From a virus (Duplodnaviria > Caudoviricetes): a stretch of DNA of 46,014 nucleotides. The position numbers and the translations under genes are program-made. The notes beneath the pieces are model-generated. The model was not told the DNA's origin, made no database searches, and was given only the letters and a program-made list of their open reading frames with translations. Each line of letters begins with the position of its first letter. Within the stretch, counting starts at the first letter, position 1. Shown piece after piece: positions 34,970 through 43,174 of this stretch. The stretch is from positions 1 to 46,014 of the IMG/VR virus record IMGVR_UViG_3300048851_000104; one strand, 5' to 3'.

Positions 34970-35238
34970 TGCCCCTCGGCGTTGGAACTATCCTCGGCGG
35001 TCTTCCGGTCGTCGCCGACGTATCATTCGGACGCGACGATTTTACTGGCGAGTATTGGGCCGAGGTCGAACACATATACTGGCTTAAAAAAGGAGACAAA
35101 CCCGGCAAAAAAATTCCTCAGCACGTTCGAGACCGTGCCGCCAAATACGACCATTATTTCTCAAACCTAATCGAACAGGTGAGTGATTATCTCGCCTATC
35201 AAAATTACGAAGAACAGGAAAAGGTACAACTGCTATGA
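34969..35238 (+). CDS. Hypothetical protein
   Basis: TGATG coupling; MPLGVGTI... Confidence 0.75.
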   Translation: MPLGVGTILGGLPVVADVSFGRDDFTGEYWAEVEHIYWLKKGDKPGKKIPQHVRDRAAKYDHYFSNLIEQVSDYLAYQNYEEQEKVQLL

Positions 35239-36722
35239 CATTCTCTCTGACCGACGCCCCCGAGCGTCCGACCATCACCCCGACCGCCGAACAGCTCGCC
35301 ATCATCGAGGCTGGCCGAGACACCGAGGACAACCTCATCATCAGTGCCCTCGCCGGCGCGGCCAAGACCTCCACCTTGGTGATGCTCGCCGAGGCGGTCC
35401 CGGTCCGCACCCTCTGCCTCGCCTTCAACAAGAAGATCGCGGACGAGATGAAGTCCCGGCTTCCCCGCCACTGCGAGGCCATGACCCTCAACAGCCTCGG
35501 CCACCGCATCTGGGGCGACACCATCGGTCGCCGCCTCACCATCAACTCCCAAAAGATCGGCGACCTGCTGAAGGACGAGATCGCCAAGCTCGAGGACAAG
35601 GAACTCGAGAAGGCTGCGTGGGAAATCTTCACCGATCTCCTCCGCGCTATCTCCTTCGGCAAGTCCTGCGGTTACATCCCCGACGGATACAAGGCACCGC
35701 GAGATGCCAAGTACGTCGCCCTCATGGGAGACGATGACTTCCAGGACCACCACGAGGAGAAGCTCGCGGACTGGGAATGGCACCTCATCCGCAGCGTCAC
35801 CCTCCGTAGCCTCGACCTCGCGTGGAAGGGCGAGTGCGACTACGACGACCAGATCCTCATGCCCACCATTTTTCAGGCCGTCTTCCCACGTTACCCCCTC
35901 ATTCTGATCGACGAGGCCCAGGACCTTTCCGCGTTGAACCACGCCACGCTCCGCAAGCTCGTCAAGAAACGCCTGATCGCCGTCGGCGACCCGTGCCAGG
36001 CCATCTATGGATTCCGGGGCGCCCACGAGGAGTCGATGGAACTTCTCGAGGAGTCCTTCCAGATGCGAAAGCTCATGCTTTCCGTCTCCTTCCGATGCCC
36101 CCGCAAAGTGGTCGAGCACGCTCGGTGGCGGGCGCCGCACATGCAGCATCCGGAATGGGCACAGCTCGGTGAGGTCCAGTACCTGGGCTCATGGTCGGTC
36201 GACGACCTTCCAGCCCACGCTGCGATCATCTGCCGCAACAACGCTCCGCTCTTCGCGATGGCGATCAAGTTGCTGAAGAACGGGCGTTACGCCCAACTCG
36301 TCGGCAACGATATCGGCAAGGGCCTGGTCCGCATCATGTCCAAGTTCGGCCCGCGCAACATGCCGCAAGAAGACCTGCTGGCGGCGATCGATGAGTGGTC
36401 CGCGAAGAAGGAGGAGAAGACCAAGAACCCGGGCTCCATCCGAGATCGCGCCGAGTGCATGAGGATTTTCGCCCGCCAAGGCAAGGACCTCTCCGACGCC
36501 ATCGCATATGCCGAGCATATCTTCAACTGCGACGGCCCGATCAAGCTGATGACCGGCCACAAATCCAAGGGCCTCGAGTTCGATAACGTCTTCATCCTCG
36601 ACCGGGACCTTATCAGCGACAAAGGCCAGGACCGCAACCTCCGCTACGTGATGCAGACGCGGGCGAAGCACAGCCTCACTTACATCAACTCGGCGGACCT
36701 CATGGAGGACGGTCCAGCCTGA
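35235..36722 (+). CDS. Superfamily 1 (UvrD/Rep-like) helicase
   Basis: ALAGAAKT, LAFNK, LIDEAQD, VGDPCQAIYGFRGA, SFRCP, ICRNN, TGHKSKGLEF and YVMQTRAK. Confidence 0.93.
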   Translation: MTFSLTDAPERPTITPTAEQLAIIEAGRDTEDNLIISALAGAAKTSTLVMLAEAVPVRTLCLAFNKKIADEMKSRLPRHCEAMTLNSLGHRIWGDTIGRRLTINSQKIGDLLKDEIAKLEDKELEKAAWEIFTDLLRAISFGKSCGYIPDGYKAPRDAKYVALMGDDDFQDHHEEKLADWEWHLIRSVTLRSLDLAWKGECDYDDQILMPTIFQAVFPRYPLILIDEAQDLSALNHATLRKLVKKRLIAVGDPCQAIYGFRGAHEESMELLEESFQMRKLMLSVSFRCPRKVVEHARWRAPHMQHPEWAQLGEVQYLGSWSVDDLPAHAAIICRNNAPLFAMAIKLLKNGRYAQLVGNDIGKGLVRIMSKFGPRNMPQEDLLAAIDEWSAKKEEKTKNPGSIRDRAECMRIFARQGKDLSDAIAYAEHIFNCDGPIKLMTGHKSKGLEFDNVFILDRDLISDKGQDRNLRYVMQTRAKHSLTYINSADLMEDGPA

Positions 36723-36779
36723 TATGGCTCGTAACATTTCGTTATGAACCATACAGCCCCGTATGGTCAGAAGCCATAT
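36722..36779. promoter_or_regulatory. Tandem long and short operator-like palindromes
   Basis: ATATGGCTCGTAAC-ATTTC-GTTATGAACCATAC (36722-36754) and GTATGGT-CAGAA-GCCATAT (36761-36779). Confidence 0.75.
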
Positions 36780-36831
36780 CACTTTTTATGTTCGATGTGG
36801 CAAAAAACCATACCACCCTGCGTAAGGGGGG

Positions 36832-36859
36832 TTGACATAGCCCCCCGCCATGTTAATAT
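36832..36859 (+). promoter_or_regulatory. Sigma70-type promoter TTGACA-16-TAATAT with extended TG
   Basis: Intergenic, about 40 bp before ATG 36902. Confidence 0.65.
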
Positions 36860-36901
36860 CGCCACGTTATCAACAACCCACCCCCACAGAGGAAATACGA
36901 A

Positions 36902-37396
36902 ATGCCCGACATGAAGAACAAGATGATTGCCGGCGAGACCTTCCAGATCTCCGCCCCGTATGCCGCCGGTCACACGCTGACGGAGGCCGAGGCCAAGACC
37001 CTCAATCAGGTCCGCTCGGAAAACATCGGCAACAACGTCCGCGAGAAGGTCAAGGAGCTGGTCGAGGCTGGCAAGCTCGACGAGGCTCGCGCACTGGTCG
37101 CCGAGAAGGACTCCACCTACGAATTCACGATGGCCACCGTCGGCGCCTCGCAGAAGCTCGATCCGGTCGAGCGCGAAGCACGTTCGATCGCCAAGGAAAT
37201 CGTCAAGGCGAAGCTCGCCGAGAAGGGTCTCAAGATCAACGTCGCTCCCGACGGCGAAACCAAGGAGTCCTGGGCCGAAAAGATCGAGGCGAACATCGAG
37301 AAGTTCGCCGCGGCCGAGCAGGTTATCAAGGAAGCCAAGAAGGCTGTCGACGCGAAGAAGAAGCGCTTCGACTCCCTCGCCGGCCTCGAGGTCTAA
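36902..37396 (+). CDS. Hypothetical Lys/Glu/Ala-rich protein, probably abundant
   Basis: Own promoter, GAGG RBS, strong codon bias, downstream hairpins. Confidence 0.88.
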   Translation: MPDMKNKMIAGETFQISAPYAAGHTLTEAEAKTLNQVRSENIGNNVREKVKELVEAGKLDEARALVAEKDSTYEFTMATVGASQKLDPVEREARSIAKEIVKAKLAEKGLKINVAPDGETKESWAEKIEANIEKFAAAEQVIKEAKKAVDAKKKRFDSLAGLEV

Positions 37397-37416
37397 GGGC
37401 TTCGCCCTCTGACCTC

Positions 37417-37517
37417 CGCCCCGCACACAATCCCCAAGGTGTGTGCGGGGCGTCCGCCGTCTACCGTTTCACTAGGAGCTTATCAACAATGGGCTCGTAC
37501 ATGTGGCGGTAGACGGC
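37417..37517 (+). other. Two intergenic stem-loops
   Basis: 12-bp IR 37417-37428 / 37441-37452 and 11-bp IR 37456-37466 / 37507-37517. Confidence 0.7.
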
Positions 37518-37547
37518 ACCCCTCAATCTCCTGAAGGAACCGAACCA

Positions 37548-37892
37548 ATGGAAATCCACACCACAATCGCAGGCCTGAACTTCCGCCCCGCCTCCGCTAA
37601 GGAAGCTGTCGACGCCCTCGAGATTGGCGATGAGCTTCGCCTCGAAGCAGACTTCGACAATGAATACGACCCCAACGCTGTCAAGGTCATCGCTGATGTC
37701 GGTCGCGGTGACAGCGGCCCGATCGAAGAGTTCATCGGCTTCATCCCGAAGACCGACAACTGGGAAATCGCAACTGCGATCCGCGAGGGCGCCACGCCCA
37801 TCGCCACCGTCGTTGCCTGGGAGGGCACCCGCAAGCCCACCCTCAAGGTCACCCTTCGCGACGGCATCGAGCCCGGCCCCGACTCGGAATGA
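37548..37892 (+). CDS. HIRAN domain protein
   Basis: IAGLNFR...LRLEADFDNEYDPNAVKV...IGFIPK. Confidence 0.88.
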   Translation: MEIHTTIAGLNFRPASAKEAVDALEIGDELRLEADFDNEYDPNAVKVIADVGRGDSGPIEEFIGFIPKTDNWEIATAIREGATPIATVVAWEGTRKPTLKVTLRDGIEPGPDSE

Positions 37893-38122
37893 CCGGAGAG
37901 CTCGACCTCCTCGAAAAGCTCTACGACGCGCTTCGAGAACCCCTCGGGATCGTTGTTGAGACCGAGGACCCCGAGCGTCTCCGCCAGCGCCTTTACGCCC
38001 TTCGCAAGGCCCGCATCGATGATGACCCGCAACTGCGGGTCCTCTCCTTCCTAATAAGTCCAACCAATCCCGGCTCTGAGCTGTGGATAGTGAAAGCGAA
38101 GCAACCCAATGTCGAAGACTAA
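37889..38122 (+). CDS. Hypothetical protein
   Basis: ATGA coupling. Confidence 0.75.
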   Translation: MTGELDLLEKLYDALREPLGIVVETEDPERLRQRLYALRKARIDDDPQLRVLSFLISPTNPGSELWIVKAKQPNVED

Positions 38123-38291
38123 CGACGACACTACGAAGCATACGCTTCATCTTCGCACGGGTGACTACCAGCGGCTGCGGGATATGTTTCCCGAGGTCGG
38201 TGCCGCGTTCGTCATCCGTAGACTCGTGAGCCAGTTCCTGGACAGCGACAAGCGAACCCTTAATCTCGAGGCTGAGGAGATTCAGTTGTGA
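38109..38291 (+). CDS. Small hypothetical protein, possibly ribbon-helix-helix
   Basis: KHTLHLR strand followed by two short helices. Confidence 0.6.
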   Translation: MSKTNDDTTKHTLHLRTGDYQRLRDMFPEVGAAFVIRRLVSQFLDSDKRTLNLEAEEIQL

Positions 38292-38479
38292 ATTACATCA
38301 TGCGGCTCTCTGCGGAAGACTATGAAACGCTCCAGAAAATAATGATTAGCGAGCGTTACCACGCTGCTAAAGAAGTTGCTGACTTCAGTAAAGTGGGTGA
38401 TGCAACTCGGATGATGGCCAGTCAAACCAGACTGAATTTCACCCATGAATATCACGAGAAAGTGGAGCCAATCCTGTGA
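38288..38479 (+). CDS. Hypothetical protein
   Basis: GAGGAG RBS; GTGA coupling. Confidence 0.7.
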   Translation: MNYIMRLSAEDYETLQKIMISERYHAAKEVADFSKVGDATRMMASQTRLNFTHEYHEKVEPIL

Positions 38480-38679
38480 GCGACCTTCAAACCCTTTTCT
38501 CCCGCGACCCCCTCAGCCTCGAGAAGAAAGACTTCGAAACCATCATCGAACAGTTCCGCGCGTCCCGTCACCAGTTCAATCTCGGAAACAAGATGGCCGG
38601 CTCGACCAAGCCGAAGACGGAAAAGCAGCAGAAGACTTTCGACCTGGCCTCGAAGATTGGCGGAGACCTGGAGCTATGA
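38476..38679 (+). CDS. Hypothetical protein, ends GDLEL
   Basis: GGAG RBS; coupling at both ends. Confidence 0.78.
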   Translation: MSDLQTLFSRDPLSLEKKDFETIIEQFRASRHQFNLGNKMAGSTKPKTEKQQKTFDLASKIGGDLEL

Positions 38680-38894
38680 ACGACGAAGCCCTTCTCTACG
38701 GCCTCAAAGCCCGCCTCACCTCCATCGAGCACGAACTACTTCTCATCGCCAGCAACCTTGACGATTGCCAGGTTGAAGTTCTTCGTGACCTTACTTTTGG
38801 TGAGATCGAAGATCGCTACATCCGCGTCACCCTGCAAACCTCTCGCCTGCGCCTTACGATCAACGCGCTGACCCAAACCATCGAGGCCATCTGA
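38676..38894 (+). CDS. Hypothetical coiled-coil protein
   Basis: ATGA and TGATG coupling. Confidence 0.7.
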   Translation: MNDEALLYGLKARLTSIEHELLLIASNLDDCQVEVLRDLTFGEIEDRYIRVTLQTSRLRLTINALTQTIEAI

Positions 38895-39856
38895 TGAACG
38901 CCGTGACCGAACCCAAAGCATTCCGCGACGGCATCCAGTTCGGCTGGGACTCGACGTCCATCAAGCTCGCTGAGGAATGCCTCCGCAAGTACCAGCTCCA
39001 GATGATCGAAGGATGGAAGTCCTCGAACGAGTCCGTCCACCTCCGCTTCGGCGGTCACTACGCCACGGCGCTGGAACACTTCTACAAGCACCGCGCCGTC
39101 GGCATGTCGTATGACGAAGCCGCCCTTGAGGTTGTGCGTGAGGCGATGATCGAAACCTGGGATCACGAACTCACCGCCGAGGGCGAGCGCATTCCGGGGA
39201 CCGGCACCCCCTACGCACCGCCGGTCGACGCCGCAGGGTCGGCCCGGATGAAGACTCGGGAGAACCTGATCCGCACTCTCGTCTGGTACCTCGAACAGTT
39301 CCGCGACGACAGCGCGAGCGTGGTGATCCTCGACGGCGGCAAGCCGGCAGTGGAATATTCCTTCGCCCTCCCCGTCGATGACGACATCATCTTCTCTGGC
39401 CACATCGACCGGCTCGTTACCTACGCAGACAACATCATGGTGATGGACCAGAAGACGACCGGCACTACGATCACCTCGCGTTACTTCGAGGGCTTCAAGC
39501 CGGACGTGCAGATGTCCATGTATACCTTCGCAGGCAAGGCCATCTACCAGATGCCAGTCCGCGGTGTGATCATCGACGCTGCGCAGATCGCAGTGGGCTT
39601 CACCCGGTTCGAGCGCGGTCTCACTTTCCGCACGGACAGCGAACTCAACGAGTGGTACGACACCACCATGTACACGATTGAAGGGGCGCGCAGCGCAACC
39701 AAGCTCGGCTACTTCCCAATGAACCGCACCTCGTGCGACAAGTTCGGCGGGTGCCCCTTCCGTCCCGTCTGTTCCCGTTCCCCCGAGGTTCGCGAACAGT
39801 TCCTCAACGGCCTCTTCGTGCGCGGAGACCGGTGGGACCCACTTCGCGCACGTTGA
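38894..39856 (+). CDS. PD-(D/E)XK nuclease, Cas4/AddB-like with Fe-S cysteines
   Basis: N-terminal CLRKY, VEYSF, GHIDRL, MDQKT, QMSMY and C-terminal CDKFGGCPFRPVC. Confidence 0.88.
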   Translation: MNAVTEPKAFRDGIQFGWDSTSIKLAEECLRKYQLQMIEGWKSSNESVHLRFGGHYATALEHFYKHRAVGMSYDEAALEVVREAMIETWDHELTAEGERIPGTGTPYAPPVDAAGSARMKTRENLIRTLVWYLEQFRDDSASVVILDGGKPAVEYSFALPVDDDIIFSGHIDRLVTYADNIMVMDQKTTGTTITSRYFEGFKPDVQMSMYTFAGKAIYQMPVRGVIIDAAQIAVGFTRFERGLTFRTDSELNEWYDTTMYTIEGARSATKLGYFPMNRTSCDKFGGCPFRPVCSRSPEVREQFLNGLFVRGDRWDPLRAR

Positions 39857-39870
39857 AGGACCGAACCAAA

Positions 39871-40146
39871 ATGCACTATTTCCTCGAACAATCAAACATC
39901 GCAGCTTCCCGGATCGTAGAGCTTACAGGGCGTCTTCGTTCTCTCAACGATCAACTCGTCGGCAGCGTTCCGGAAGATGCCACGCGCAAGATTGATCAGT
40001 CTACGACTGGGGCCATCCTTCCGGAGCTGAGCAGTTCATTCGAGAATACTCACGCTGCTATCACACGGCTGAGCAATGAAATTGATCGGCTGCAGTCAGC
40101 ACTTCAGCTCGGCGGTGATGCGCTCCGCGTTCCGGGAGGTTACTGA
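39871..40146 (+). CDS. Hypothetical coiled-coil protein
   Basis: AAGGA RBS; TGATG-coupled to the next gene. Confidence 0.7.
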   Translation: MHYFLEQSNIAASRIVELTGRLRSLNDQLVGSVPEDATRKIDQSTTGAILPELSSSFENTHAAITRLSNEIDRLQSALQLGGDALRVPGGY

Positions 40147-40916
40147 TGCCAACTCTTGACGAGCACCCCTCATCCGAATTCGTGAAGCTGATCTACATCG
40201 GCGACTCAGGCACCGGTAAGACCGGTTCCCTCGTCAGCCTGTTAGCCGAAGGCTACAAGTTCAAAATCCTCGATATGGATAATGGGCTTGGGTTCTTCAA
40301 GAACGAAGCCAAGAAACTCGGCCTTGGGGACAAGCTGAAAAACGTCGAGTTCGAAACGTATCGTGACACTTACGTAGCGACACCGACGGGCATGGCCCTC
40401 AAGGGTTCGCCGAAGGCAGCCACAAACGCACTCGCCAAGATGCAGGAATGGTCAGCCGTCAACGACCCGAACACGATCTTCGTTCTCGACAGCCTCTCCG
40501 CTTACGGGCGGGCCGCTTTCGAATGGGGCAAGTATCTGAACGCAAATATCAAAGACCCTCGCCAGTGGTATGGCACCGCTCAGAAGATGGTCGAAGATAC
40601 GCTGGCGAACCTGACCAATCCGGCGTTCGCTATGAACGTGATTATCATCAGTCACGTTAACTACAAGGAAGTAACAGAGGGCGTGAACAAGGGCTACGTC
40701 AATGCCATCGGCACGGCGCTCGGTCCGGTTATCCCCCGATACTTCGACACCATGCTCCTCGCCGAGTCTACGGGCTCGGGGAAGCAGACCAGGAGGAAGA
40801 TCAAAACAATGCCCACGGGCATCATCGACCTCAAAATTTCCATCCCGGATTTCGACGCGGAGCTTCCGCTCGAGACTGGTATGGCAACCATCTTCAAGAA
40901 GCTCAAAGCTAATTGA
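40146..40916 (+). CDS. AAA_24 / Sak4-like ATPase (probable ssDNA annealing/recombination protein)
   Basis: IGDSGTGKT, ILDMDNG, FVLDSLS and IIISH; lies between the nuclease and SSB-like genes. Confidence 0.8.
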   Translation: MPTLDEHPSSEFVKLIYIGDSGTGKTGSLVSLLAEGYKFKILDMDNGLGFFKNEAKKLGLGDKLKNVEFETYRDTYVATPTGMALKGSPKAATNALAKMQEWSAVNDPNTIFVLDSLSAYGRAAFEWGKYLNANIKDPRQWYGTAQKMVEDTLANLTNPAFAMNVIIISHVNYKEVTEGVNKGYVNAIGTALGPVIPRYFDTMLLAESTGSGKQTRRKIKTMPTGIIDLKISIPDFDAELPLETGMATIFKKLKAN

Positions 40917-40951
40917 AGCAATCCGCATCTCAACGCTAAAGGAAGCATCAG

Positions 40952-41419
40952 ATGTCTTTTAACTTTAACGATATCGCAGGTCAGAAACTCGAAGAAGTCA
41001 AGAAGGTCCCGCTCGCACCGGTCGGCACGTATCGCTGGATGATCACGAAGCTCCCGTCGATCCGCGACTTCAAGGGCAACGACGGCACGGAATACCAGGC
41101 CATCGATTTCCCCTGCCAGGTCGTGGAGCCGCTCGAAGACGTCGACGTCACCGAGTATCCGGGCGACGTGACGGACATCCGCCAGACCCTCTCGTTCATG
41201 TTCAACAAGAACGACGAGGTCGCCTTCATCCAGTGCCAGAACCAGGTCAAGCGTTTCCTCGTCGACACCCTGGGCTGCATCGGTGAGGACGCCTCGATCA
41301 AGGAGGGCTTCAACGCTGCGGTGAAGAAGCAGTTCCTCGCCCCGATCAACCACAACGTCGACAAGCGCGACGAGTCGATCACCCGCGCCAACATCGGCAG
41401 GGCGATGCCGCTCGACTAA
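40952..41419 (+). CDS. Probable ssDNA-binding protein (DUF669-like OB fold)
   Basis: PLAPVGTYRWMI N-terminal motif; directly after the Sak4-like gene; followed by a terminator. Confidence 0.65.
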   Translation: MSFNFNDIAGQKLEEVKKVPLAPVGTYRWMITKLPSIRDFKGNDGTEYQAIDFPCQVVEPLEDVDVTEYPGDVTDIRQTLSFMFNKNDEVAFIQCQNQVKRFLVDTLGCIGEDASIKEGFNAAVKKQFLAPINHNVDKRDESITRANIGRAMPLD

Positions 41420-41444
41420 TCCTCCCCAGGGTCGAGCGTGAATT

Positions 41445-41473
41445 GTCGGGGCGCGAATGCCCCGACCTTTTTT
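41445..41473 (+). terminator. Intrinsic terminator
   Basis: GTCGGGGC/GCCCCGAC stem followed by CTTTTTT. Confidence 0.8.
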
Positions 41474-41504
41474 CCAGAAGGACCGAACCATCGAGGTACT
41501 CCTC

Positions 41505-41693
41505 ATGACATACATCCTCCTCCATAAGAGCGCCGGCTGGTTGACGACCTCCGGCGTTTGGCACTCCGACTATCGGCAAGCTCAGAAGTTCGACGAAGCC
41601 GAGGCGCAGGATATGATCCGCATCCACAGCGGCAAGCTCGTCCCCGTCCCCCTCGACTTTTACACCGAAGCACTCAAAGGAGTCAAGCTGTGA
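41505..41693 (+). CDS. Hypothetical protein (similar to 33658..33855)
   Basis: GAGGT RBS before MTYILLH... Confidence 0.75.
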   Translation: MTYILLHKSAGWLTTSGVWHSDYRQAQKFDEAEAQDMIRIHSGKLVPVPLDFYTEALKGVKL

Positions 41694-41839
41694 TCCAGAC
41701 CTCCCTTCGCCCCGAATACCGCCGCGAAATCCGGCTTGCGAAGCAGGCCGCAAAGCGGAGCAAGTTCAACGCCGAACAGCTCGATGCCCTTCTGGCCCGA
41801 GCCAAAGCTCGCCATGAAGAACGGAAGGCCGCTCGATGA
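41690..41839 (+). CDS. Small basic protein (49 aa)
   Basis: AAGGAG RBS; GTGA and ATGA coupling. Confidence 0.7.
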   Translation: MIQTSLRPEYRREIRLAKQAAKRSKFNAEQLDALLARAKARHEERKAAR

Positions 41840-43119
41840 CCTCGGGTATTTTCAACTCCACCCCGATCGACTCGATCATCATCAACCGGGACGAACGCCA
41901 GCGGCGTGAACTCCGGGGGATCGAAGAACTCGCCGAGTCCATCAACCGCCTGGGCCTCATCCATCCCATCGTCATCGATGAGCAGGGTGTGCTGATCGCC
42001 GGCGAGCGCCGCCTCACTGCTATGAAGCTCTTGGGCTGGACCGCGGTGCCGACGCAGCTTGAGTCCTCCCTCGATCCCCTCAAACACCAGGCGATCGAAC
42101 TCGAAGAGAACATCAAGCGCCTCGACATCACATGGCAGGAACGCGCCCTCGCCATGCAGCGGTTTGCTGAAATCCGCCGGGAGGAAGAGCCGGCCCTTTC
42201 CCAGGCAAAGATCGCTGAGGAACTCGGGCTTAGCTCGATGGACGTTTCGCGCAACCTCGCAGTGGCGAAGGCCCTTACCTCCGGCAACGACCGAGTTGCA
42301 AAAGCCGACCGTTTTTCCACCGCGCTCAACATCGTCGAGCGGGAGAATTCCCGCAAGGCTGCGTCGACCTTTGACAAGGTGGAGACGAAAGCAGCGGCGA
42401 CCATCGCCCTCCCGGACGACGAGCCCGTCGCACCGAAGGTTCGCAAACCGCCCCTCCTGAACGAAGACTTCCACGAGTGGGCCGCGGCCTATTCGGGGCA
42501 GCCCTTCAACTTCATCCACTGCGATTTCCCCTACGGCGTGGGGATGCACAAGTCCGATCAGGGCGCCGGCCAGGAGTACGGGGAGTACGCCGACTCCCCC
42601 GACGTGTACTGGGAGCTTCTCGAAACCCTCAAGATGGGGATGTCCAATGTCGTCGCTGAGAGTGCACATCTTATGTTCTGGTTCTCGATGGACTTCTATC
42701 AGCGAACTTTCGACCTGCTTACGGAGATGGGCTGGCGGGTCAACCCTTTTCCTCTGGTCTGGGTCAAGTCGGACAACACAGGAATTATTCCTGATGCTAA
42801 CCGAGGTCCACGCAGGATTTACGAAACGGCATTCTTCGCGTCACGTGGCGACCGTCAAATCGTCGGCGCGAAAGCTAATGCGTACTCCCACCCAGGCCGG
42901 GACAAGTCCATCCACATGAACGAGAAACCAGTGCCGATGTTGAAGCACTTCATGGAGATGTTCGTCGATGAATACTCTTTCGTCCTTGATCCGACAGCCG
43001 GGTCTGCCAACGCGCTTAAGGCTGCGGAAGCTTTGGGCGCAGGTCGGGTCCTCGGCCTCGAGCGAGACCCTGAGTTTTTCGCTCGAAGCTCCGAAGCCTA
43101 CTTCGCCGACGAGTTGTGA
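41836..43119 (+). CDS. ParB/Srx domain + HTH + N6A/N4C DNA methyltransferase-like fusion
   Basis: LAESINRLGLIHPIVI..LIAGERRLTA (ParB); SQAKIAEELGLSSMDVSR (HTH); IHCDFPY, HMNEKP and VLDPTAGSA (beta-class MTase motif order). Confidence 0.88.
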   Translation: MTSGIFNSTPIDSIIINRDERQRRELRGIEELAESINRLGLIHPIVIDEQGVLIAGERRLTAMKLLGWTAVPTQLESSLDPLKHQAIELEENIKRLDITWQERALAMQRFAEIRREEEPALSQAKIAEELGLSSMDVSRNLAVAKALTSGNDRVAKADRFSTALNIVERENSRKAASTFDKVETKAAATIALPDDEPVAPKVRKPPLLNEDFHEWAAAYSGQPFNFIHCDFPYGVGMHKSDQGAGQEYGEYADSPDVYWELLETLKMGMSNVVAESAHLMFWFSMDFYQRTFDLLTEMGWRVNPFPLVWVKSDNTGIIPDANRGPRRIYETAFFASRGDRQIVGAKANAYSHPGRDKSIHMNEKPVPMLKHFMEMFVDEYSFVLDPTAGSANALKAAEALGAGRVLGLERDPEFFARSSEAYFADEL

Positions 43120-43151
43120 ACCATACCGTAACGAAATGTTACAAGCCATAT
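43118..43151. promoter_or_regulatory. Operator-like site, long-form variant
   Basis: Its reverse complement ATATGGCTTGTAAC-ATTTC-GTTACGGTATGGTTC matches 26292-26325 (GTATGGTTCGTAAC-ATGGT-GTTACGGTATGGCTC). Confidence 0.7.
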
Positions 43152-43174
43152 CCACCTCAGAAAAGGAATTACCG

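Noticed and set aside
38894-39856. Cas4-like nuclease as part of a CRISPR system
   Set aside because: No repeat-spacer array or other cas genes; the context is a recombination module.
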